DNA of 59,233 bases, taken from contig JAAWDU010000016.1 in assembly GCA_022793905.1 (NCBI GenBank), positions 1 through 59,233 on the forward strand, given 5' to 3'. This DNA comes from Clostridia bacterium (lineage in GTDB: Bacteria; Bacillota; Clostridia; TANB77; CAG-508). Positions 1 through 9,816 of the stretch are shown in pieces (position 1 is the first letter of the stretch; each line of letters begins with the position of its first letter). A program made the translations under genes and the position numbers. The notes under the pieces were generated by a model. That model saw only the letters and a list, made by a program, of their open reading frames with translations. It was not told the origin of the DNA and made no database searches.

Positions 1-3000
1 GAGGTTTATTAAGTCCTGTAATTTTATATCCATTTCCATCTAAAGTACCTCTAAATATAGTATTAATAACAGCATTTCCTGTTGTTTTTAAGTAAGATGC
101 ATCATAGTTTTGTGTTAAAGTAACTGTTTGAGTTGGATCTGTCTCTATTTCTGAAATTAGTGTCTCTATACTCTTATTGTTTGCCATTCCATCTATCATT
201 TCACCATATGTTACTTTTAGTTTACTTTGTTTTTTACCATTTTGGTATTGAATAACATTGTCATAGTTTAAAATAAAATTTAATTTATTATCTACTATTT
301 CGCAATCTTCTACTTCTGCATAAAATGTAGGCATCGCTTTTGTTTTTACTTTTACTATATAATTTTTCAAATTATTTTTATCTGCTATTTCTGTTTCTGA
401 TATACTGGTTACTTCTTTTTCACTTCCAGCCTTATATACACTAATTCCTATTATATCTTTTACTTCGAATAAACGCTTTGTACTCACATTTATTATTTCT
501 GTAAGTAAATTTTGGTTCTTATATTCATTATGCCCTGTAGTAATTTGGTTAGAATCTAGGTCATAATCTGCAAGTATCTTTATTTCATATTCTTCACCAA
601 TTCCTTTTGGGAAAGTAATTCCATTTGAATTACGGCTAAATGTTTCTTCTTTTACTTTGTCTTTGTTTTCATCTAATATTATAATTTTTCCACCAGTTAT
701 AGTTTCTTCTGTGTCGTTTACTGAAAATGATACATGAATGTTTTTGCTTTCTTCATCTTCTTCATAACCAAAGTCTGTAATTGTTGGTCTTAATTTTAAA
801 ACTCCAACTCTTGTTACATTGTTTTGATTTACTTCTAACTCTTTTGTGTTACTTAAAATTAGTTTTTTAATAGTAACTGTTTTTGGTCCTGGTGTAGATA
901 TTACTGGTATTTTAGTTTTATAATTATTTTCTGTCTTTTCTAACTCACACTCTTTTTCATATTCTTTTCCCGTATCATCCGTTATATTAATAATAGCTTT
1001 TACTGGGTAGAATTTTGTTTTGTTAGTACTATCAAAGCTTATTGTTGCTTCTTCTCCTCTTTCAAAATAAACTGTTTGTTTATCTCCTCTATACGTTTTT
1101 AGATTACTAATACTTAATTCATAATCTGCAATTAATTGTATTGGTCTTTCTCTAAATACTTCATCTTGTACATAATATTCATTTGTTTCTTCTTCAATCT
1201 TTTTATCATCTCTTGCATAAGTCATTTTTGAAACTAATGTATATTCTGTATCTAACTCTACATTTTCAATTGTAAAAGTAATATGTTCTGCATCAAATTC
1301 TTTGGTTGCAACAACTTCTTTAGTACTATTTTTTACAAGATCTGCTGAACCACTAATAAATGCTTTATCTGGATCTACTATTCTAGCTGTTAAAGTAACA
1401 CTTTGCCCTATTATATCATCTGTTTGTAAAAATGCTTCACTTGTTGGTTTATCTCTTAATACATCTACTTCTAAATGATTATCCACTTGTGCTCTAATAT
1501 TGCCTTCAAATATAAACTCAGTTGTATGTAAGTCCACTATTCCCGCTTCTTTTCCCGATGGTAATGTCACAGAATATGTTACATTTTCATCATTGTCTTC
1601 ATGTCTTGTTGCAATACATTGTAAATTATTTACTATAATATGTGTTATTTCCTTATCTTCTTTGTTTGTTTCTATTTTGTAATTTAAAGTTATGTTTTCA
1701 TCTTTTTCTACATGTTCTTTAGATGCTTCTACATTTTCTATTTGAACAACTGGGCTTGCTTCTATTTCTTCTTCTAATAATAAAACATCAGCAATTACAT
1801 TCTTTCCATCTAAACTATAGCTTGCAAATATTTCTACTTTGTAATTATCTACCATATTTATTTTGCTTATATCAAAAAGTGTATTAATATAATATGCATT
1901 TACTATTTCCTCATCGCTTTCTTCTTTTACAATATTACTTTCTATTAGTCTATCTGTTAAGTTTACATTTGCTAATTCACTTTCTATACCATTTTTTTCT
2001 GCATATAGTTTAATAACAAATTTTGATATTGAATTATCAGTATCTTTTATATAAATATTTGAGTTTAATTTATTATTTTCCTTATCTTCATTTGCTCTAA
2101 ATCTTACAATATTTGGACTGTTTTTTATAACTTTAATTTCTATTTCTTTGTTTCCCTCTAAATTGCTTACATCAATTACTTTTCCATTACTTAAAATAAC
2201 TGATTCTATTTTTATTATATTTTCTCCTATTGTATCAAATCCATCTACAATTGCTGTATAAGTATTTTCTTCTTGTGCTAGTTCATATGTTTTTCCATTA
2301 ATAACTGCCTCTTTTGGTATACATGTTGTTTTATTAGTACTATTAAATTTTAAAGTAATATATTCACCTATACCAAATTTTATGCTTTCCTCTGCTTGTC
2401 CTTCTTTATATTTATATGTTTTGATATCAGATAACTTAAATTCATAGTCTACTACTAAACATATATCCTCTATCTCAGTTTGACTTCCTTGATTATCTTT
2501 TTCATTTTCTAATGTATCTGTATCTAAGTTATATATTATACACATAACAACTTGATAGTTTTTGTTTTCTTCAACTTTTACATTTATAGTATTAGAGCCA
2601 GCTGTAAGTTCTCCTGCCTTTATACAGTTTTCACCACTTAAACCTTCTACATTTTCTGTATTATCCTGTTTATCTATAATTCTATATGTACCTGATGTAA
2701 AGGCTTTATCTTCATCTTTTATATCAAAAGAAAGATTTAATTCTGATTTTTCTATATCCTCTGATTGTCTCCAATTTATGACTTCTGGCATACTTTTTAG
2801 TACATCTACTTTTACAAAAGAATCTACTTTTACTGTTCTTCCATTAGTTAATGTAGCTTTTTCAAATTTATATTCTTTTACCCCACTTGTGTTTCCTACA
2901 TTCACTTTAATTTCATATAAATTTTGGTTTGCTTCATTTCTAAGTAATTCATATTCTCTTCCATTCATTGTAATACTTTTAATAATTGCTTCATAATTTG

Positions 3001-4141
3001 CTTCTGCATCAAAACTTAATGTAATTTCTTCATTTTTTTCTGGATAAAAATTACTTACATTAATTTGACTCATAATTACTTCATAGTCTAATCTATTTTC
3101 TATTTTTTTAATTAAAAAGCTTAAATCTGTTACTGTAATCTTTCCATCATTATTCATATCTGCATTTTGTAATACAATTTCTGCTTCTTCTTCACTTTTT
3201 CCTTCTTCTAATGATTTTATATGTACTAAATGTGATACTAATAAATTAACATCTGCATAATTTACTGCTCCATCTCCATTTAATTCTCCCTTTTGAGAAA
3301 AATATTTAACTGCACCATATACAGTTCCTACAAACTGTATCATCAAAATACTTGCTAGTATTATAATAATTATCATTTTTTGTTTTTTACTTTTAAAAAT
3401 TTTTCTTCCAAAATGTACTGCATTTACTGATAATACTACCTCTACTGCTAATACTATAAATAGAAGCATATAATTTTTTCCTGTTTGTGGCAACCTTCCT
3501 GGCATTGTGTTTTCATCTTGTGGTTTATTGTCTTCTTGATTGTTATCACCTGGATTATTATCTTCTTGATTATCTCCTCCCAGATTATTGTTTTCTTGAT
3601 TATTATCCTCTGAATTGTTATCTTCTGGGTTGTTTCCTCCTGGTTCTTGTTCTTCTATAATATCTACTTTTAATTCTGTCTTATTTCCATCTTTAACTAT
3701 TATATCTTCTTTACCTTCAGAAAGTTCTATATCTGTAACTTTAAAATTCGTTATATCTGCTTTTATTTCTTCTTTTACTTTCAAAGAAATTTCTACAATA
3801 TCTTCTTTTGAAGTAGTTCCTGCCTTTTTATATATTGCAAATTCATTTGTATTCTGATTATATTGTAATCCTTCCCAGCCATTAACTGCTTTAAAGTCTA
3901 TTTCTTTTATTTCCTCAAAAATATCTTTGTCATATTCTAACTTTGCTTTTACTACATTTATACTTTTTTTAACTTCTTGCATATTATCAAATTTCAAAGT
4001 AAATACAGCTGTATCATCTGCATGTAACTTGTGTGATGTACTACTTAATGCTAATTCCACATTTGTAGCTGAATATGAAATTGTACTTATTAAAGTTAAA
4101 AATATAATCATCATTATTATAATATTGATTGCTTTTCTCAT
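1..4141 (-). CDS. Large surface protein, ZmpB/IgA1-protease (peptidase M26)-like, with cohesin-like domain, internal LPQTG and dockerin; 3' end runs off the window
   Basis: Absent from the ORF track because there is no stop in the window. ATG at 4141 (MRKAINIIIMMIIFLTLISTISYS) is in frame with the codons at position 2. Order: cohesin-like domain, EDNN-rich linker, LPQTG, two hydrophobic segments, dockerin (GELNGDGAVNYAD...ADMNNDGKITVTD), repeated beta domains, then FRGTLDGNGYKITGLNKP resembling the M26 N-terminal region. No in-frame CGG seen. Confidence 0.7.
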   Translation of the reverse strand, partial: MRKAINIIIMMIIFLTLISTISYSATNVELALSSTSHKLHADDTAVFTLKFDNMQEVKKSINVVKAKLEYDKDIFEEIKEIDFKAVNGWEGLQYNQNTNEFAIYKKAGTTSKEDIVEISLKVKEEIKADITNFKVTDIELSEGKEDIIVKDGNKTELKVDIIEEQEPGGNNPEDNNSEDNNQENNNLGGDNQEDNNPGDNNQEDNKPQDENTMPGRLPQTGKNYMLLFIVLAVEVVLSVNAVHFGRKIFKSKKQKMIIIIILASILMIQFVGTVYGAVKYFSQKGELNGDGAVNYADVNLLVSHLVHIKSLEEGKSEEEAEIVLQNADMNNDGKITVTDLSFLIKKIENRLDYEVIMSQINVSNFYPEKNEEITLSFDAEANYEAIIKSITMNGREYELLRNEANQNLYEIKVNVGNTSGVKEYKFEKATLTNGRTVKVDSFVKVDVLKSMPEVINWRQSEDIEKSELNLSFDIKDEDKAFTSGTYRIIDKQDNTENVEGLSGENCIKAGELTAGSNTINVKVEENKNYQVVMCIIYNLDTDTLENEKDNQGSQTEIEDICLVVDYEFKLSDIKTYKYKEGQAEESIKFGIGEYITLKFNSTNKTTCIPKEAVINGKTYELAQEENTYTAIVDGFDTIGENIIKIESVILSNGKVIDVSNLEGNKEIEIKVIKNSPNIVRFRANEDKENNKLNSNIYIKDTDNSISKFVIKLYAEKNGIESELANVNLTDRLIESNIVKEESDEEIVNAYYINTLFDISKINMVDNYKVEIFASYSLDGKNVIADVLLLEEEIEASPVVQIENVEASKEHVEKDENITLNYKIETNKEDKEITHIIVNNLQCIATRHEDNDENVTYSVTLPSGKEAGIVDLHTTEFIFEGNIRAQVDNHLEVDVLRDKPTSEAFLQTDDIIGQSVTLTARIVDPDKAFISGSADLVKNSTKEVVATKEFDAEHITFTIENVELDTEYTLVSKMTYARDDKKIEEETNEYYVQDEVFRERPIQLIADYELSISNLKTYRGDKQTVYFERGEEATISFDSTNKTKFYPVKAIINITDDTGKEYEKECELEKTENNYKTKIPVISTPGPKTVTIKKLILSNTKELEVNQNNVTRVGVLKLRPTITDFGYEEDEESKNIHVSFSVNDTEETITGGKIIILDENKDKVKEETFSRNSNGITFPKGIGEEYEIKILADYDLDSNQITTGHNEYKNQNLLTEIINVSTKRLFEVKDIIGISVYKAGSEKEVTSISETEIADKNNLKNYIVKVKTKAMPTFYAEVEDCEIVDNKLNFILNYDNVIQYQNGKKQSKLKVTYGEMIDGMANNKSIETLISEIETDPTQTVTLTQNYDASYLKTTGNAVINTIFRGTLDGNGYKITGLNKP

Positions 4142-4384
4142 ATTATCATTTCTCCTATTTGGTTTTTATTAATGTCTAATAATTCTCTTTAATTATAGCA
4201 TTTAAAACTCATTTTTTCAATTGCATACCTTTTATTCTAAATAAGCTTTATTCTTTAAAGCATTGATGTTTCTAGCCTTTTTAATTTTATTACATTTATA
4301 TTAATTTTTGTTGAAATTTGTAACATTATATACATTTACACTATAATGCTTATTTCCCTAATACTTTTGACTATTTGTTCATAA

Positions 4385-4436
4385 TAACTGCAATAAGCTG
4401 ATACGTACATGGTGTCCCCTCCATTTATTGCAGTAA
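4385..4436. mobile_element. attP-like recombination site (large serine recombinase type)
   Basis: Perfect 10-bp inverted arms ACTGCAATAA (4387-4396) and TTATTGCAGT (4425-4434) placed symmetrically (13+2+13 nt) around a central TG at 4410-4411. Bases 4385-4419 are identical to 7323-7357. Confidence 0.7.
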
Positions 4437-4556
4437 TAGTTTTAAAAAATCTAAATATAACTTTCCTACTAAAAAAAAAATTGACTTGCTTTTTTTGCAA
4501 ATCAATCTATTTATTATTTAATTTTACTATTTTTATTATCACCTTATAATTTTTTA

Positions 4557-7172
4557 TTATATATTTAATTCTTTATATAGAAATGCCATTTTTTCTATTA
4601 AATCCTTTCTAATTTCACTTTGCTTATCTAATATATTATTATTCTTATTAGATAGTATTCTTAATAATTCTTTCTGCTGTTTTCTATTTATCTTCGGAAC
4701 AAGAATCTTTTCTAAGTATGTGTCTGAAAAATTATCTCTTACAGAACCTGTAGATAATATCTTAATATATTTATTATATATTGGAGTTTTAAATAGAGTT
4801 ACTAGTAATTGTTCATCAAAATTATCCACAGAAAAATTATAATAAGCTCCACTAGTTAAACAATTATCAAATTCTTCTGGTACTACTGAAAAACTGCCTA
4901 TACTTGCTCTATATGGATTATAAACAATAGTTCCCTTATTCACAATCATTTTTTTCTGTGATTCTTGAGATAACTCATCACCTGTTTTGTACTCTGAAAA
5001 TTCAAGTAAATTATAATAATTATTTTTATTTACAGAACATACAATAAATTCCTTATCCAAGTCTTCTTCCGTTAGTAACTTTAGTTTATTGTTATACCAT
5101 TTTACGTTATACTTACTCAATGGAATGAAATCATCAAAATCCTCTCCTATATTTTTCCAAAACAAGTAATAAGATGGATCTAATCTATTTTCAATATTTC
5201 TAATATTTTTCCTCATAAAATCAGAAAGATTTTGTTTTCCCCTTATATTCTTTGAATCTATTTCATAATTTTTTAGTGAATTATTTATTATATTAATCTT
5301 TTGGTTTTCTATATCAGTAGCTCTAAACTTTTCTAAAATAATATCCAGATCTGTTTTTTCACCATTTTTTACAAAAATTCTTCCATTTGGTTCAAACCCA
5401 ACATTTTCAACTGAAGCTAAGAATATATCATAATCTAAATCGTCACATTTCTTTATTTTATCAATATTTTTCTCAGCTGTATTTGAAATATTGGTTATTT
5501 TATCAATTTTATTTTTTAGATCTGTTTCATATTTTTCTAAATATAATATTACTGTATTTATAGTATCTACTCCACTTTGTACAAATGTATGTGTAGGTAA
5601 TTCTATGATAGCTTTAATCTTAGCATTTTTAAGTATATATTCTCTCGTTTTAATTGAATCATCATTTGATAATATTCCTTCTGGTAGCACTATTAACATT
5701 CTTCCACCTGGTCTTAATAAATTAAGACCTCTTTCTAAAAATAATGTTTGTGCATCAACACTATTTTTTCCCTCTGCAAGAGAATACCTTTTTAAAATTT
5801 GTGGATCTTTTTCCTTAATAAATGGTGGATTTGCTAATATTAAAGTACACCCACTATTCTCATCATTTTCAACATATTCTAATAAAGGATATTTAGTATT
5901 TTGCCAATCTACATTTGCTAATTCATTTCCTCTAACAATTTTTTTTCCATCTCCTCATAACATCATATTCATCTTATCTACTCTTACTGCTCTAGGTTCA
6001 GCATCTATTCCAAATATCTGGTCTTTCTTTAAATTTTCTTCGAACTTTTCCTTTGTAGTTCCTATAGATTTAAAAGTAGTTTCTGGTAATGTATTTAATA
6101 TTTCTTTCATTTTATCAAATGACTTTATTAAAAATCCTCCACTTCCACAAGCAAAATCTATTATTGTATCATTTATATCAACATCCGCTAATTCAACCAT
6201 AAAATCAACAATTTTTCTTGGTGTAAAAAATTGTCCTAACCCTTTTCCTCTTAATTGTGATGGCAAGAACTCTTCAAATGCTCTTCCTTTTATATCCATT
6301 TTATCATCTTTGGCATAAAAATCTCTCAATTTTATTAACACTTTCTCTAAAGTCATTAAACTTACTTTTAATTCTGGTATTTCTTCAAACACATCATTAT
6401 AATAATATTTCATAGCAACTTTAAACCAGTCATTTATCAATTTCATTGGTTCTTGGGTTGGTACATCTTTAAATTTTTTTAGTTCAAAATAGTTCTCTTC
6501 TTTCTTATCATTTCTATATTGTTCATCTGCCATTTTTAAATATAATATTTTACTAAATTCATCGAAACAACTTGCAGGATCAAGCTTTTCATTATCTCTT
6601 ATGATGTTATGTATACTTCTAAAAAATCTTCTATAATCAGTTATTTTATCACTATTATTTTGATTATCTAAACATTCGTTTATAATATTTGTATCTATTT
6701 TTTCTTTAGAAACAGTATTAATTAATGGTTCATAATTCATTTTATGAAGTTTATCAATTGACATATTAATTATATTAGCTTTTTTATTACCTGCTAAATA
6801 TTCTCTAAGAATTATTTTTCTGCCATTAGTTATAATACTGTATCTAACTTCTTTAGCAAATGAATATGAATCTACTTGTCCTATATTATCTGTTACTGTT
6901 TCAGTAGGTTTCTTTGCTTCCACTACCATTACTGGTTCGTCATTTTTATAAACAATTAAATCTGCAAATTTTGTTATTTTTTTTCTTCCTTCTTGGTACT
7001 TCACTGTTTCTTTCCATTTTAAGTCATTATTTATATCATATCCTAATTCCTTTGTAAATAATTCTTGTAAAAATTTATTTTCTACATCAGCCTCTGTAAT
7101 TAATGCCTTAACATCATATTCTATTTTACACATTAGTTTTCCTCCTAATATTTCCATTATTAACGTTTTCAT
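4557..7172 (-). pseudogene. Fused restriction-modification protein (HsdR_N-like nuclease, N6-adenine MTase, TRD) interrupted by one in-frame TGA
   Basis: ORFs 5955-7172 and 4557-5699 share a frame and are separated only by TGA at 5955-5957 (MML*GDG). Motifs: ADL...VEAK nuclease, GQFFTPR, DFACGSGGFL (motif I), LANPPF (motif IV, between the two ORFs), RLDPSYY and a C-terminal TRD. Confidence 0.8.
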
Positions 7173-7259
7173 ATATTACCATATTTCTTTATTGACTTTT
7201 ACAGTATATCAAACATTAGTTTTTTTTGCAATATTTTTTTCATAATTTTTTTATAAATT

Positions 7260-9039
7260 TTATATTTTCTGTATTTCGCTTATTTCTAAGGTTTTATCAA
7301 ATATATATACCTCTATTTTTTCTAACTGCAATAAGCTGATACGTACATGGTGTCCCCCTTCTCCTGTTGGATTGTATAAAACAACCAATATTACGATTTC
7401 TGGGTCTTCTGTTGGAGCAAGCCCTAAAAATGATGTAATGTATTTATTAGTTTTTACTCCATCTTCTGATGTACCAGTTTTCCCTCCAACAGTATACCCT
7501 TCTACTTTTGCGCCTTTTCCTGTTCCTTCTGCTACAACAGACCCCATCATATCTCTTATTTTTCTTGCATTCTCTTCTGACATTGTTTGTGATTTTATAA
7601 TTGGTTCTATTTCCTTCCTTTCCCCTGTCTCAGAATCAATAGTTGCAGTTATAATTCTAGGAGTTACTAAATTTCCACCATTTGCAATACTAGCTACAGC
7701 TGTAACTAATTGAATAGGTGTCACTTCAAATCTTTGCCCAAATGAAATCGTAGCAAGCTCTACAGGTCCAACTTTTTCCTCTTTAAAGAATATACTTCCT
7801 GCTTCTCCGAGGAAGATCAATTCCTGTTCTAGCTAAAAGTCCAAACCTTTCCAAATATTGATAATATGTTTTAACACCTATCTTTTGTCCAAGTCCTATA
7901 AATACAGGATTACATGAATTCATCAAAGCATTTCTTAGACTCTGACCTCCATGTGGTCTATAATATCTCCAACATTTGATACGAGTCCCTGCAATATCTA
8001 TTGCACCTCCACAATTGAATTCTCCTTGTTTATCAGTTTCTGTAACTATTCCTTCTTCCATTGCAGCAGCTGTTGTAATAAGCTTAAATGTAGAACCTGG
8101 TTCATATGTATCGGCTATAGCTTTATTTCTCCACATTTTTTGCAAATTATTATTTCTATCAACAGCACTTATTGTACTCCAATTATTTAAAAGCTCTTCA
8201 TTATTTATCGTAAAAGGATCATTCAAGTTGTATTCTGGATATGAAGCTAAAGAAAGAATATTTCCCGTCTTAGGTTCCATTATTATAACTACTCCACCCT
8301 CTTCACATTCATTATCAATACATGCTTCTTCTAAATATTTTGTTACAATTGATTGTATATTTGCATCTATTGAAAGAACTATACTATCTCCATTTACTGC
8401 TTTTATATATTTTTCTTCTCCATTACCTATAACAGCACCTTTAGCATCTGTTTTCCTTTCAATTCTTCCCTTTTCTCCACTTAAAATTTCATCATACTTT
8501 GCCTCTACACCATCTAGCCCTTGATTGTCACTTCCTGTAAATCCAATTATATGTGAAGCCAAACTCGAATAAGGATAATACCTTTTTGTATCTTCATCTA
8601 TGTTTATTCCATAAACTATATTTTCATCTTGCATCCATTTTCTTAGTTCATCAGTTTTCTCTTTGTCTACTTTTTTAACTATGGTCTCTATTGAAGTTTT
8701 TCTTTTCACCCTTTTTAAAATTGTTTCATAATCTAAATCAAATATATCTGATAAAGCTTTTGCAACTTTCTCCTTATCATCATTTGAAATATTAGTTGGA
8801 TTAATCGTCACTGTTTCTACACTTGCACTCATTCCTAAAATTTCACCGTTTCTATCATAGATTGTACCTCTATTTGGATTTATTGTTCTATCCAATGTTT
8901 GCTGAACATATGCCATAGTTTCTAGTTCATCACCTTTAAAAAATTGAATATAAGCAATTCTTACAATTAAGCCCAAATAAACTAAAGTTATAATAAAAAG
9001 CATATTCCTCATTCTTCTTTTTCTTGTCAAATTTGACAT
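7260..9039 (-). CDS. SpoVD/FtsI-like class B penicillin-binding protein, 5' part (split at att site about 7348); one CGG +1 site at 7809
   Basis: N-terminal TM, RGTIYDRNG, EPGSTFK (SxxK), SCN, GGKTGTS. CCT-C-GGA-GAA restores TGIDLPGE. The AAP helix and PASTA domains of the paralog at 35016-37314 are missing. Confidence 0.85.
7323..7357. mobile_element. attL-like junction interrupting the spoVD-like gene
   Basis: 35-bp exact copy of 4385-4419 carrying one IR arm fused to gene sequence. PBP similarity stops at GEGGH-CA (central dinucleotide 7348-7349). Confidence 0.7.
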
Positions 9040-9092
9040 TTATTTCACCTTACTTTCATTAAATTATATTTTGAATATGCTTAAAATATGAT

Positions 9093-9121
9093 AAAAGACG
9101 ACCTTTCAAAAGTCGTCTTTT
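9093..9121 (-). terminator. Intrinsic terminator
   Basis: AAAAGACGAC...GTCGTCTTTT hairpin downstream of the CAP gene. Confidence 0.7.
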
Positions 9122-9144
9122 TGTAAATAGTTTTATTCTATACT

Positions 9145-9675
9145 TTATACCCCTAGGAAGATTTGCACAAATACCTTTCCATATATCTCACTATCTATTA
9201 CGCAAATTCCAGTGTATTCAAAGTCTTTCTCTTCAATATTTTCTCTATGAAGTTCTGAATTTATCCATGCTTCAACTGCTCTTTCTGGTGTTATGTTTCC
9301 AGCCAAATTTTCTCCAGCAATGCTGTATTCTACTCCATTTTCTTTTAGCATTTCAAATGGTGTTCCTAAGTTTTCTGATTTATGTGAGAAGTAATCATTT
9401 TCAACTATATCTTTTCCTTTTAGATATGCCATTTCTTGAAGTTTAGCAAAAGTTTTTAATTCATCTAGTCCTTTTTCTTCTCTATATTCATTTATTAGTT
9501 CTAGTGTTCTTTCTTCTTCTATTGTTAAAAGGCATTCTTCATTTAAAAATTCTTTCATATTATCACTTGCTCTTGTTTCTGCACTTAGTTTATATGTTGC
9601 AAGTGAAATACTTTCTACTAGGATAAAGCTTACGAAAATTATTAAAGCAATTTTTCTTTTCTTTAAAACTTTCAT
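9145..9675 (-). CDS. CAP/SCP-domain secreted protein (YkwD-like)
   Basis: Signal peptide, LINEYR...GL, YFSH, AGENLA, WINSELHRENI. Confidence 0.9.
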   Translation of the reverse strand: MKVLKKRKIALIIFVSFILVESISLATYKLSAETRASDNMKEFLNEECLLTIEEERTLELINEYREEKGLDELKTFAKLQEMAYLKGKDIVENDYFSHKSENLGTPFEMLKENGVEYSIAGENLAGNITPERAVEAWINSELHRENIEEKDFEYTGICVIDSEIYGKVFVQIFLGV

Positions 9676-9816
9676 ATTTTTTTAATTCCTTTTCTATAAT
9701 CTAGTGTGTTTATCTTTCCCATTTACGGCTAGTTATATTCTATTCTCCTCACACCTTTTTTATTATACCATATTTTTACACTTATGTCAACTTTTTATGT
9801 GAAAAAAATGAGCGAA

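Noticed and set aside
5955-5957. TGA reassigned to Trp or Gly (code 4 or 25)
   Set aside because: It is a single case, and TGA is the real stop of tsaC, comEC and the amidohydrolase.
4385-7357. 35-bp repeat as a CRISPR repeat
   Set aside because: Only two copies 2.9 kb apart, with no spacers or cas genes; the geometry fits att sites.
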